Below are positions 18,842 through 28,980 of a DNA stretch of 64,000 nucleotides, one piece after another. The stretch's first letter is position 1, and each line of letters opens with the position of its first letter. This DNA is from a virus (Duplodnaviria > Caudoviricetes). A program made the position numbers and the translations under genes. The DNA is taken from positions 32,001-96,000 of IMG/VR virus record IMGVR_UViG_3300020577_005688; one strand, written 5' to 3'. Under the pieces are notes generated by a model. It saw nothing but the letters and a program-made list of their open reading frames with translations, had not been told where the DNA came from and ran no database searches.

Positions 18842-19945
18842 TCAAGCGGGACTTGCCAGAAGGGTTGTTGAAGTCATTGCAGGTGCCGGAGGTGGCACAA
18901 GAGGCGGGGTGGTGGGTTGTGGAGGACCGCCAGGAATTGCAAGGGCAGGGTTTGGGACAACAGTGTGAATATGAGTGCTCAACCACGTCAAGAGTGGGAT
19001 GGCGAGTGCAACTGGCTGAGGCGAGTTACCGACCAAGACTGTTGACCCCATTTGAATAGTTGGAGCACCTTTGATGGTGACCACTCCAGTAAGAGCTTGG
19101 ATGGTTACACCGGATTGCCCAGAGACTTCAACTGTACTCCCACCAGAAATCGTGACTTTTGAAGCGCTCTTCACCAAGACGTCCTGCTGCGCATCGATGG
19201 TGAACTTCCCTTTTACTGTCCAAAGAACATCTTTCTCCACCGTCCAGCTTACATCTCCATCCTTATTGAGAGTCAGAGAGATCTTCCGGGCTGCCCCAGA
19301 AGCACCTGACTCTTTGATAACCAGACTCAGGATAGTCTTTTGACCGCTCCCATGGGAACCTACTTGAAGTTCGGCGAGAGGCTTCTCATCTGAGGCTTTC
19401 TCTCTTGCTGAAATCTTCAGGGTCGTTGGGCGATTTCCATCTGTATCGGTTTCTGTTCGTTGAACAGTCCAATCCAGGTCCCCGCCGATTGTCTGGAGAG
19501 AGTAGTTCTCGCAGAAATCTTTGATGGTATTCGTCACAGGAAGAAAGAGCCTCTGACTCAGAGGGCCGCCACCAATCTGAACAACGCCTCCTCTCCGAAG
19601 AATCAGAAAATTCTCATCCCTCGTACCGAGGTAGATGTCACCTGGATTCAAGTCTGGTCTGCGAGATCTGAAATTGCCTTCCTCTGCAGCAGCAGCCCAT
19701 CCCAGTACAAAAGGACGATTGCCGTCAGATGGAAAGCAAATCCAACAGAGGCTCCCTACTTCCGGCATGAAGTGGATTCCCTCACCGTTTACAAAGTGAA
19801 GGTAAGGAGTGGACCACGTAATTCCAGTTTGTGGTTTCTTCGAGAACTGAGTCGTAACAGAGAGTGTGAAAGAGCTGATGTCTACATCAAGCACTCTTCC
19901 AGACTCAATGAATGCAGGGCTTGTTCCTTGGTGAGTGACAGCCAT
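18842..19945 (-). CDS. Baseplate central spike (GpV/gp5/VgrG-like)
   Basis: OB-fold PEVGSLCWICF...RPFVLG, beta-repeat region, C-terminal THIH metal-binding tip motif. Confidence 0.75.
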   Translation of the reverse strand: MAVTHQGTSPAFIESGRVLDVDISSFTLSVTTQFSKKPQTGITWSTPYLHFVNGEGIHFMPEVGSLCWICFPSDGNRPFVLGWAAAAEEGNFRSRRPDLNPGDIYLGTRDENFLILRRGGVVQIGGGPLSQRLFLPVTNTIKDFCENYSLQTIGGDLDWTVQRTETDTDGNRPTTLKISAREKASDEKPLAELQVGSHGSGQKTILSLVIKESGASGAARKISLTLNKDGDVSWTVEKDVLWTVKGKFTIDAQQDVLVKSASKVTISGGSTVEVSGQSGVTIQALTGVVTIKGAPTIQMGSTVLVGNSPQPVALAIPLLTWLSTHIHTVVPNPALAIPGGPPQPTTPPLVPPPAPAMTSTTLLASPA

Positions 19946-19954
19946 CGTGCCTCC

Positions 19955-20629
19955 TCAAGGAGAGTTATACTGTTTAATGGTTTTTTGTTCTTGGAGGTCC
20001 GTCAGTCTTCTCCTTGCGTGTCTTGAGAGACGAGTACCCGACCCATATGGAATTCGAGCGGGCATTAGTGACGCTTCACCAATACCCTCTCTATAGTGCT
20101 TCATATGAGCCCTAACTGCCTCATTTCCGGGAGGGAGGGTCGCTAGACGATTGTGCTCCCGAAAAATAACATCTGGGCTTCTATGACCGTAATGGGCGGC
20201 TCCAATTCGTCCACGAACGGAAGATTCGTCAAGTTCGTGACCTTTAACAACTGCATGAAGCATCTTTCTTTGGTCCGCAGGGACCTTCGGAGCATTGCCG
20301 AGTCCTCCGAGAGTTGAGCTGTGCATTTGCTTTTGAATAGAACCACTGCCCGGAAAAATAGCGGGTCGGTCTCTGACGAGCTTCGAGACGGGCTGGCTCT
20401 CTACTGCCGATCGAACGTGCTCACCTGCACCCGGAGAAATCAAGTTGGCACTTCTAACGGCGTCACCAACGAGTCGACTTTTATTTGGGGAGGCAGAGAG
20501 GAATGGCTGTACTCGTGCAGACGCTTTTGGAAGCTGAATTCTCTTGGCAAGAGACAAAACCTTAGAGGCCTGATCAGCACCAAAAGCAATCTTTACTAGC
20601 TCATCAGAGAAAGACTCAAAGGAGATCAT
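19955..20629 (-). CDS. FxDELxKIA-tagged basic protein with HExxE motif
   Basis: Start MISFESFSDELVKIA overlaps the RNAP stop (TAATG); contains GHELDE...HYGH...REH. Confidence 0.7.
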   Translation of the reverse strand: MISFESFSDELVKIAFGADQASKVLSLAKRIQLPKASARVQPFLSASPNKSRLVGDAVRSANLISPGAGEHVRSAVESQPVSKLVRDRPAIFPGSGSIQKQMHSSTLGGLGNAPKVPADQRKMLHAVVKGHELDESSVRGRIGAAHYGHRSPDVIFREHNRLATLPPGNEAVRAHMKHYREGIGEASLMPARIPYGSGTRLSRHARRRLTDLQEQKTIKQYNSP

Positions 20630-23600
20630 TAGTAGTGGCCCTTTGGCTTTGAAGGATGGCCCTTCCCGAACTCTGCACCAAACGCGACACCTGGGATTGG
20701 GTGTTTTCCGTGGATGTCTGACTTCCATCCCTGAGATGCCGCCTGTTGCAGAGTACTGTGGAGCTCACGATAGTTGAGACGTGCCATCCAGTCTGACGTT
20801 CCGGTCAGCGGCAACTGAGAGATGCTCTTCAGGATAGGTTCGTGAGTAATTGGGCGCTTGTCCTTTGGAAGACCTCTGTTGTGTTCATCCACGATAGAGG
20901 TTGGGACGATGTCGCCGTGGAGGAAATCACTTGTTCCTGGGTCCTTTACCTTTGTGAGATTCGTCAAAGCTCGAACCACTACCTCAACGTTCCTCTTTCT
21001 AACTCCTTCCTTCTCGTACAGACCACCATACATCTCATTTGTGAGATGGTTTTGGACGGTGTGCATGTCTGTGAGTGGTAGGAGGTGATGAGGATTGATG
21101 AATCCGTGAGAGACTGGTGTTCCTTTCTTCACCTCATCCCCAACCTTCAGGTCTGTATTCACCAAGTCCTTTGGAACGAAGTGGCGCTCGTCTCCGATGA
21201 AAATATCGACGCCACCAACACTGTCCCTCTTGATGTTCGTAATCTTCCCAGAAGTGCGAGCAAGAGTGGCCGAGTTCTTCAACTTCGCTGGCATGTTGAG
21301 AGCGTTACGAAGCCGAGTCAACCGGTCTACTGACATTGCTCCTCGACCAGTAGCAACACCACCAGTGTGGAACGCGTCCATCGCCATCTGAACTGCAGGC
21401 TCCGAGAGCGCCTGTCCAGCGAGAACACCGATGTTCGTTCCGACATCGTGGAGTTTCCCACTCTCATTCAATCCGAAGCACTTCGCACAGATTCCTTCTC
21501 CGTGCTGGCACTTCAGTGGAGAACGCACCAAGACCTTGTCGATCTTTGAGTTCTTGAGTCGGTTGACGACTTCTGGCGTGACAAGTGTTCCAGCTTTGAT
21601 TTCATCTCCTTCCTTCAAACGATAAGACTTCGAGAGGAATCGGTCATGGATGTCTTTGTGGACAACATCCATCAGAACTCCATGGCTCGTCTTACAGTCT
21701 GGAGATGAAACAATCGTAGCAATCGTTGAGTTGATGATGTCCTTGGAGACAACACCAGGCTCAGACGTTCCAAGAACACGCTGCAGCGTTCCTTTTCGAG
21801 CTCCATGCTGGGCGAGCCAGTAGTCACCGATGTCCAGACCCTCTGCGTAGTTCTTGAGAATGGGGGTTGGGATGATGTTGTTTTGAGAGTCTTGAACAAG
21901 CATCGGGGCAGCAATCATCTGGCGAAGTTGCTCTGCCTTTCCACGTGCTCCTGACACGACCATGTCTGCAAGTCGATTCTGGCCAGCAGGCAACTTTGCG
22001 GCGTGCTCCAACTGTTCGGTCGCCTTTTGGTAGATGTCGATGATGCGTTTGTTCTGTTCATCTTTGTCTTTGACTGTGTTCTTGATTGCAGTCACTTGCT
22101 TCTGCGCATCACCAAGAATCTTGTGGCGCTGAGGAAGGGTGGCAAGGTCCTTGAGTCCAAAAGAGAAACCGAGCTTGTACGCCCACTCATTGCCGAGGTC
22201 TTTGAGTTGGTCGACTACTGAAGCGAAGTCTCTTGTGTGATTCTTTGCGAGGGGCGTGATGATTTGAGAGTTCAGAGACTTCTTATCGATAGTCCAGAGC
22301 GGATTGTGGAGAATGTCCTTGTTCAGATGGAAGTCGCGAGGCATCCTCGACTCAAGCAGAAGACGACCGAAGGTAGTCTCCTTCCCACCAATCTTCACGA
22401 CGTCGGTAGGCTTCACCTCTCCTCGGTCGACTGCCTTGTTGAGCTCCAGAGGTGTCTGGAACGACTTAGAGGTTTTCTCGCCCCATCGCGAGATGAGGTG
22501 CAGACCGAGCATTGAATCTTGCGTCGGTGCATACATGACTGCACCAGTAGTGGGAGAGAAGAGGTTCTTCGATGGGAACATCTTCTTTGCTTCCTCGACA
22601 GCTTCTCTTGTCAGAGGAACAGTACCTGCCATTGTATTGTGGACGATGACACCGCCAAATACGGCAAAAACATGGCTCTCGTCATCAACTTCGATGTCGA
22701 TCATCCGATCGTCATACGGCACTTCTTCGATGGTCTTGACTTCAAAACCGCGTGCGCTTTGTGATGAACGAGAATCCTTGCGCATGGTCTCATACTCCTC
22801 ACGAGCCTGACGCAACAGATCTCCTTTCTTGCCGGGGATCCGGTAGTCGAGAAGTTTAATGGCTTCTTTACCAAACGACAGAATGTAGCAAGGTCCGCAA
22901 GCATGGTCCCTGTCTCGGACAGAGAAAGGCAGTCCAAGCATATTCGCAATCAGAGCCATATCATCTCTCAAGGTTTTACTCTTTGACCACGTTCGAACAA
23001 GCCAACTTCCAGAACGAGTCACTTCGACAGATCCGTCCGATTGAATATACCCAGCGAGCATACCCTTCAAAAATTCCTCGCCCCTATACATGAGCGGGCC
23101 CATCACTGCCTTGCCTGTGCAGTAACGACCACAGAACGCAAGGAACTGCCTCGCCAGACCCACATCCGAGATCTGAAAATAACCGTGGTGAGAATCGGTG
23201 ACGTGGACGTTGAACTCTCTCTTCCACAGACCGATGAGGTACTCACGCTCAATAACAGGCTTGCAGGCGATCGAGATTCGTCCACCTCCTTGAGGAGGTG
23301 GACGAACTTCTGCTGATCCGTCACCAAGGAAGTTACCGAAGATGACACCATTTTCGTAAGAGTACGTCTCACTAGAGAACGAGGGTTCGATGCGCTGATG
23401 ATCGAGTTCAGTTCCAATCTTCATATCACCGGGCTTCATTTCCCTACGCCCGACCATCAGTGAATGGTCTTCCGAAGCAATGAACGAGAGACCATTCTTG
23501 AGAGTGACTCGGAACTTCTTCTTATTCTCGACCTTGTGGAACGAGATGTTCTTGATCGGACGCCAGCCGTTGTAGGTGTAGGCTTCGATGTTCTTGACAG

Positions 23601-26600
23601 CAGAGACCCAATTCCCATCGCCTGCACCGAGAACTTCGATCAGTCTTCGACCAGTGACTTGCTGAACTGCGCCACTGAAACGGAGCGGAATCGGGGTGTC
23701 CAAGTCGATAGAGTCCCCGTCGAAGTCGGCGTTGTACCCACCAGTCACGAGAGGGTGAATCTGAATTGCCTTTCCCTCAATGAGCTTTGGTGTGAAAGCC
23801 ATGACAGAGAACTTGTGGAGAGCCGGGTCTCGCTTCAAGAGAAGAGGACGGTCTCGTACAACACGCTCAAGAGCGTCGAACGCAGACTTAGAACCTTTAC
23901 GCATCTCCTGCTGAGCTTCGAGAGGCTTGAAGCCTGTCTTTCCGAGTTCAGCAACAACGAAGGGCTTGTACAACTCCATTGCGGCACCCTTCGGGATGCC
24001 GACCTCATCAATCCCAAGACGAGGCTCTGGAACAATCGTTGAGCGAATTGAGAGGTTCTGACGCCTCTTCACGAGTCTGGATTGGAAATACGCATCCTTC
24101 GGTTGCTCTCCATCGCCGCCACCGATGATGTCGAGGATGCCCTTCAAGGCGCGTTTGGCACCTGCAGGAGAGTCCATGTCATAACCGACAGAACCTCCCA
24201 CTGATTGAAGTGCCTTCACACTCTCGTACAACTGTGAGCGCAGAGGCATTCTGACTTGCTCTGGGAATACCTTCGGGTCGGCCTCCACAAGCTTGTTATT
24301 CAGAATCGCAATGTTCTTGTACAGACCGTTCAAAGAAGATGTTTGAAGATCTCCCTTTGGAGTTACTGTTGCTGGTCGGAAAGCTGGAGGGAGCACAGGA
24401 ACGTACTTCATGATGTACGCTTCGTGCGGTTTCAGTCCTGCTTCGTCGACTGCAAGAAGGTACTTCATCTTCTTGTTCGCTCTGTCGAGGTCCGCTCCAG
24501 TGAGAATCGGGAGACGCTCCTTGAGCGTCTTAATCTCGGCCTTGACGTCAACCTTCTTCAGGGCTTCAAGAACTGCCTCACCACCAGTCTTACCGTGGAG
24601 CTTCGTCTCTCCATTCATGACTGACTCAAACTCCTTCATCTTCATTCCAAGAAGAGAAGGGATCGGTCCAGGGCGATGATTCGAACCCACGAAGATGGGA
24701 TTGGGGATTGGCTCGGTCAACTTGATGAATCCCCACTTGGAGCCACTCAAGCCTCCAGTTGCGACCGGGTCAAAGAGGCCTCCCTTCTCCTCCTTCAAGT
24801 CCTTTGCCCTGAGAAGGAGGTGTCCCTTCGTGATTTCTCCACGAGCCCCACCCGCCATCTCAACGACTTTCTTGTCTGTGAGCGGAGTCAGTTGAAGAAT
24901 TGACCCCTTCTTCTCCACATTGACGCCGAGTCCGTTCAACAATCCAACAAACTTCTGGTAGCTGAATGGAGCTTTTGGAGGAGGAGGCTCGTATCCTTCT
25001 TGAATCATGTTCCAGAAGGTAGAGTCCTGCATGTCGGACTTGTACGTCGCCATTTCACGAATGTTGTGGCGAGCGTTGTGCGCCAAGAGAGAATAGAGAT
25101 CGAGGGCACCGATACCCTGACCTCCTCGCTCTCCACCTTTCGTAGGAGCTCTATCGATGTCGTAAGTAAGAGGACGGCCATTGATGTCTGTTCCTCCTCC
25201 TCGAACTGTGAGCTTCTTCTCGACTTGGTGCTTGAGTTTGAGAAGGTGTTGAGGACCAACGAGGACGGACCCAAGAACCTTGCTCGGATTCATAGGGTCG
25301 AACACGCTCTCCTCATCAGAGATACCGTGCTTCTTCAATTCTTGGAGGACCTTTTCTCGGTTGTCTGAGTTTGGGCCTTCGAAGTTATTGACGATGTACG
25401 TCTTCCCTGTCTTCTCTGCAATCTTACCAGCTGCAGTCTCAAGTACCTGACCGACGTTGATTCTCGTAGGTACGCCAGTCGGGTTCAGAAGAACTTCGAG
25501 AGGACGCTTTTCCCCCTTCTCGTCCTTCGTGAAAGGCATCTCATGGTCGGGGAGAATCATCGTCACGATTCCCTTGTTTCCGTGACGACCGGAGAGCTTG
25601 TCTCCGATAACAACAGGCTCGACTGTCTTTACGTAGACTTTTGCACCTCTGCCCGAGGGGTCTTTGACAATCTTGACTACCTCACCCTGGTGGTCTTCGT
25701 CCCAAACAAGTGACTTATCCTTGTAAGGTTGGAATGCTCGCTTTCCGAGAGCAGCAAGGGCACTTCCCTGCCTTGAGGCGAGGTTCTTCCCAACTGCAGC
25801 AATCAACACCTGGCCTGGGTTTACCTTCGACCCAACGCGGATGATGCCGTCATCGTCCAACATCCCGAGCTGTTCTTTGGTCAGTTGATTGGATCGAGTG
25901 GCAGCGAACGCAACGAACTTATTCTTCGAGATGACGTCGTTGTCTGGGTCAAACTCCACAGACTTCTTGTGGAGGTGCTCTGAGCTCAGTTTCTTAGAAG
26001 CGGTCTCAGAAATAACAATACCGTCTTCGTAGTTGTAACCCTTGTACGGGATGTACCCCACTCGGAGATTTGAACCGAGCGCGAGAGCTCCTCCCTTTGT
26101 GAAGTTCGAGTCCGCGATAACTTGGCCCTGAGAGACCTTGTCGCCGACCTTTACGACGGCCTCAGAGTGCATCATTCCCTTTGGGTCGTTGAGGGGGAAG
26201 TGATTGTACAGATGTACTTGGTGGTTCTTCTTTCCGTCATTGATGACGATGTGGTCGTCTTTGACTGTCTTCACCGTTCCAGAGATGGGGGCTCGATGTG
26301 AGCTGAACCCACCCAGGACTTTCTCGAAAGTCATTGAAGGGTCGGCGTGATCTGTCTTCGATTGAACGAGAGGAGCTTCTCGATACTTCAGACTGATGGC
26401 TTGCTCCATCTGCTTATCTGCCATCGAGACTCTGTTGCCTTGGTTCGATGGGAGGAAAGGAATGAGGTTCGATGCCATGTCGAACATGCCCTTCGATGAG
26501 GGCATAACAAAGCCAGCTTCCGAGAACGGCCGAACTTCAATCGACCCTCCAGGGAGCTTTACTTTCACCATGTTCGAGATTGGGACTGGCTTTCCCTTCA

Positions 26601-27969
26601 CCCATCGAACTTGGTCTGGAAGGACTGCTGTGACGTCATGGAACTTAGGAGCTGTCATGTACTGAATTCGATTGCCCTTCAAATCGAACACAGGCGTCTC
26701 AAGTTCCTTGCCGTTCTTTCGAGCACCCATGCCGAGGTGGAGCGTGATGCCGGTCCTCTCAGATTCCGGGGTGTGCATCGGATCCAGGAATCCAAAGTGG
26801 CTTGAGTTTACGACTCTCATTTCGTCGGTCAGGGAGTGGTCCTTCTTGATACCTCCCAAGTCCGAAGCCATCAGGGTGGTCTTCCTGTGGCCCGACATCA
26901 TCTGGATTGGATTGGTCTGGTCCGGTCGTTCAGTGAGAGAACCTCCCTTCGTAAAGAACTCACGAATTGGCCGGGCAAACAGATCGGCTGAAATGACCTC
27001 GGATACGGAGGTCTTCTCCTTCAGGTCAATCGTGTTCTTTAGCTTCCCTTTGATTGTCTTTGAGGCGCGTTCAATCTTCTCTGGAAGGAAGTCCTCGACT
27101 GATACAATCTCCTTGAAGGCAAGAGAGTCACGGTCATCTGGCTGAAGCGTTCCTCTTGAGACGCCGAGAATCTTGTTGGCAGCAATCTGAAGGACCTGTC
27201 CGTCAACCTTGGTTGCCTCTCTTCCGAGGGTAATCTTCGTCGTGTCTGGGCGGAGGACGGTCTTGTCAAAGAAGTCGTAGACGTACTTCCCGTAGCCCGC
27301 AACATCTGTGGGTTCCGGAACGTTCTCAAAAGAGGTCTTCTTGAAGAACGTTTGAAGTGTCTTGAGAGTCTTCTCTTCATTCTTGGGCTTGTTCGCAAGG
27401 AAGATCTCCTTGCCCCAATCCTTCTCCATCTGGTCATCTGAAACGCCCATCGACTTCAGAATGGGGTAGAGCGGAATGTGAGCTTGACCCTTCTTCAGGA
27501 AGAAGCGCTTCTTCTCTCGTTCGAGCTTGATGGAGAAACGATTACCAGCGGGGCCTCGAACGAGGTTGAACTCAGATTCGAGATCTCCGTTGTCTTGGAT
27601 TCGAGCGTAGACGCCAGACTTCAAACGAAACAAATGGTCGACCTGATACTCATTTCCATCGACAATGAATCCAAATCGATTGGTGAGTTTTGGAAGACGA
27701 GCCAACGTCATTGTCTTCGAATCGACGACCTTGCCTGTGGCCTTGTCGATGAGAGAGACGTTTGCCTTGACTGGAACACCCCAGGTGCGATCCAGGTCTT
27801 TCGCCTGTGCCTGAGATTGGATGTCTTCTGGATTCAGCTTGTCGTCGACCCAGACTTTATCCAGCTGTAGCCGACGAGACTTACCCTCATAGGGAAAGTA
27901 AGCAGAGATTGAAGAGACGATGTTGTTCTTCAAAACATCGAAGGAACCTTCGGGAGTCAGGTTTTCCAC
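20629..27969 (-). CDS. rpoBC: Single-chain beta/beta' DNA-directed RNA polymerase containing an intein
   Basis: Beta motifs GDKLSGRHGNKG, LNPTGVPTRINVGQ, KLKHQV and GGQGIG; beta' motifs KRDPALHK, NADFDGD, GARKG, CQHGEGICAKC and GQALSEPAVQMAMDAFHTGG. Likely GTG start at 27969 with GAGG RBS (the ORF track gives 27990). Confidence 0.95.
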   Translation of the reverse strand: MENLTPEGSFDVLKNNIVSSISAYFPYEGKSRRLQLDKVWVDDKLNPEDIQSQAQAKDLDRTWGVPVKANVSLIDKATGKVVDSKTMTLARLPKLTNRFGFIVDGNEYQVDHLFRLKSGVYARIQDNGDLESEFNLVRGPAGNRFSIKLEREKKRFFLKKGQAHIPLYPILKSMGVSDDQMEKDWGKEIFLANKPKNEEKTLKTLQTFFKKTSFENVPEPTDVAGYGKYVYDFFDKTVLRPDTTKITLGREATKVDGQVLQIAANKILGVSRGTLQPDDRDSLAFKEIVSVEDFLPEKIERASKTIKGKLKNTIDLKEKTSVSEVISADLFARPIREFFTKGGSLTERPDQTNPIQMMSGHRKTTLMASDLGGIKKDHSLTDEMRVVNSSHFGFLDPMHTPESERTGITLHLGMGARKNGKELETPVFDLKGNRIQYMTAPKFHDVTAVLPDQVRWVKGKPVPISNMVKVKLPGGSIEVRPFSEAGFVMPSSKGMFDMASNLIPFLPSNQGNRVSMADKQMEQAISLKYREAPLVQSKTDHADPSMTFEKVLGGFSSHRAPISGTVKTVKDDHIVINDGKKNHQVHLYNHFPLNDPKGMMHSEAVVKVGDKVSQGQVIADSNFTKGGALALGSNLRVGYIPYKGYNYEDGIVISETASKKLSSEHLHKKSVEFDPDNDVISKNKFVAFAATRSNQLTKEQLGMLDDDGIIRVGSKVNPGQVLIAAVGKNLASRQGSALAALGKRAFQPYKDKSLVWDEDHQGEVVKIVKDPSGRGAKVYVKTVEPVVIGDKLSGRHGNKGIVTMILPDHEMPFTKDEKGEKRPLEVLLNPTGVPTRINVGQVLETAAGKIAEKTGKTYIVNNFEGPNSDNREKVLQELKKHGISDEESVFDPMNPSKVLGSVLVGPQHLLKLKHQVEKKLTVRGGGTDINGRPLTYDIDRAPTKGGERGGQGIGALDLYSLLAHNARHNIREMATYKSDMQDSTFWNMIQEGYEPPPPKAPFSYQKFVGLLNGLGVNVEKKGSILQLTPLTDKKVVEMAGGARGEITKGHLLLRAKDLKEEKGGLFDPVATGGLSGSKWGFIKLTEPIPNPIFVGSNHRPGPIPSLLGMKMKEFESVMNGETKLHGKTGGEAVLEALKKVDVKAEIKTLKERLPILTGADLDRANKKMKYLLAVDEAGLKPHEAYIMKYVPVLPPAFRPATVTPKGDLQTSSLNGLYKNIAILNNKLVEADPKVFPEQVRMPLRSQLYESVKALQSVGGSVGYDMDSPAGAKRALKGILDIIGGGDGEQPKDAYFQSRLVKRRQNLSIRSTIVPEPRLGIDEVGIPKGAAMELYKPFVVAELGKTGFKPLEAQQEMRKGSKSAFDALERVVRDRPLLLKRDPALHKFSVMAFTPKLIEGKAIQIHPLVTGGYNADFDGDSIDLDTPIPLRFSGAVQQVTGRRLIEVLGAGDGNWVSAVKNIEAYTYNGWRPIKNISFHKVENKKKFRVTLKNGLSFIASEDHSLMVGRREMKPGDMKIGTELDHQRIEPSFSSETYSYENGVIFGNFLGDGSAEVRPPPQGGGRISIACKPVIEREYLIGLWKREFNVHVTDSHHGYFQISDVGLARQFLAFCGRYCTGKAVMGPLMYRGEEFLKGMLAGYIQSDGSVEVTRSGSWLVRTWSKSKTLRDDMALIANMLGLPFSVRDRDHACGPCYILSFGKEAIKLLDYRIPGKKGDLLRQAREEYETMRKDSRSSQSARGFEVKTIEEVPYDDRMIDIEVDDESHVFAVFGGVIVHNTMAGTVPLTREAVEEAKKMFPSKNLFSPTTGAVMYAPTQDSMLGLHLISRWGEKTSKSFQTPLELNKAVDRGEVKPTDVVKIGGKETTFGRLLLESRMPRDFHLNKDILHNPLWTIDKKSLNSQIITPLAKNHTRDFASVVDQLKDLGNEWAYKLGFSFGLKDLATLPQRHKILGDAQKQVTAIKNTVKDKDEQNKRIIDIYQKATEQLEHAAKLPAGQNRLADMVVSGARGKAEQLRQMIAAPMLVQDSQNNIIPTPILKNYAEGLDIGDYWLAQHGARKGTLQRVLGTSEPGVVSKDIINSTIATIVSSPDCKTSHGVLMDVVHKDIHDRFLSKSYRLKEGDEIKAGTLVTPEVVNRLKNSKIDKVLVRSPLKCQHGEGICAKCFGLNESGKLHDVGTNIGVLAGQALSEPAVQMAMDAFHTGGVATGRGAMSVDRLTRLRNALNMPAKLKNSATLARTSGKITNIKRDSVGGVDIFIGDERHFVPKDLVNTDLKVGDEVKKGTPVSHGFINPHHLLPLTDMHTVQNHLTNEMYGGLYEKEGVRKRNVEVVVRALTNLTKVKDPGTSDFLHGDIVPTSIVDEHNRGLPKDKRPITHEPILKSISQLPLTGTSDWMARLNYRELHSTLQQAASQGWKSDIHGKHPIPGVAFGAEFGKGHPSKPKGHY
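22636..23712 (-). mobile_element. Intein with LAGLIDADG homing endonuclease (359 aa)
   Basis: Begins SIDLDTPI immediately after NADFDGD and ends VIVHN followed by Thr; endonuclease motifs FGNFLGDGS and LAGYIQSDGS. Confidence 0.92.
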
Positions 27970-28058
27970 GTCTTCCTCTTTCGGCCACACTGCGGAGTGG
28001 TTTATGGCGTACCCGGCTCTACCCCACCGCAGAGAGGGTCATCGAGCCTTAGCATCCC

Positions 28059-28088
28059 ACATTACATGCTTCTCGAAAGGAAGGTCAA
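28059..28088 (-). promoter_or_regulatory. Sigma70-like promoter TTGACC-N18-TAATGT upstream of the RNAP gene
   Basis: Same -35 hexamer and spacer length as the element at 36448-36477. Confidence 0.5.
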
Positions 28089-28108
28089 CAAAGTCGACGA
28101 AGTGTCGG

Positions 28109-28118
28109 GGTATAAGAA
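28109..28118 (+). promoter_or_regulatory. Putative phage promoter motif GGTATAAGAA
   Basis: Variant of GGCATAAGA in the divergent intergenic region before the plus-strand cluster. Confidence 0.45.
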
Positions 28119-28360
28119 TTTGTCAGCATCACGCTGGCCTTCAAAGCCGGAGGAGTTGATTGGGGGAGAAGTCTCAGCTCCAAATGTTCCAGGAAGACCT
28201 GACAAATTCGATTCTTGGTCAGATTCTTTACTGGTTAGAGAAAGAAAAACCCAAAAAGAAGAAAGGGAACGTCAAGTGTTGAGGCTGTTCTTCGCTGCGT
28301 TCACTCTGAGTTTCATCATGTACCTCAATTCAAGATTTCAAATAGCTCTGAGTGGTCTCA

Positions 28361-28756
28361 ATGAGCGACGAGAGTGAATTCAGGACAGCCTTTTGCCCCC
28401 TCCTCTTCGAAGCAAATGGAGGGGCTGCCAGCAGCGCCGTGATGAACGTTGTGGGAAAGTGCAACAAACCCTACGACTGCCTTGAATGTCCTCTGATGCA
28501 AGAGTGGATCAAACACCTCTCTGCTCAGGGATTTACGATGGAGTGGGAGTGTGACCAGTGCATCAAAAACTCATTCACACTCGATCTCGATAACCACGTC
28601 GAGAGAGCGGTCCCAGGGTTCTTCCAAGGAAGTCGGTTCAGAGGATTCCCAGACTCCTACGAACTGAGCGACCCAGGACGTGTTCTCGATGGATGTACGA
28701 CCTGCGGATTTGGATCTCCAATTCTTCAACTCGTCATCCGGAGAGTCTCAAAGTGA
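28361..28756 (+). CDS. Cys-rich hypothetical protein
   Basis: CLEC, CDQC and CTTC pairs; first of four coupled ORFs. Confidence 0.6.
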   Translation: MSDESEFRTAFCPLLFEANGGAASSAVMNVVGKCNKPYDCLECPLMQEWIKHLSAQGFTMEWECDQCIKNSFTLDLDNHVERAVPGFFQGSRFRGFPDSYELSDPGRVLDGCTTCGFGSPILQLVIRRVSK

Positions 28757-28980
28757 CTCTGTCTTGCTGCGTATGCGGTCGGGACTTCACTGATGAAGAC
28801 CTCATCATCAGGCTCACAGCTTACAGACACGTCATCACAGAGGATGATGGGCTGGGGTTCAAATTGATGAGGTCCAAATTCGAAGACCAGACCGAGGAAA
28901 GGTTCTCACACATGTCATGTGCCGCACAGGAAGGTTCGATGTTCCTGATTGGGGCGGGCGGAGATATGGAAGATGTTTAA
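28753..28980 (+). CDS. Small zinc-binding hypothetical protein
   Basis: GTGA overlap with the upstream stop; CCVC...HMSC. Confidence 0.55.
   Translation: MTLSCCVCGRDFTDEDLIIRLTAYRHVITEDDGLGFKLMRSKFEDQTEERFSHMSCAAQEGSMFLIGAGGDMEDV

Noticed and set aside
20630-20728. Upstream start for ORF 19955-20728
   Set aside because: Lies inside the RNAP gene; TAATG coupling at 20629 places the tag at the N-terminus.
27997-28377. 126-aa plus-strand ORF
   Set aside because: Spans the divergent promoter region with no clear RBS or motif. A short hydrophobic peptide from about 28276 cannot be excluded.
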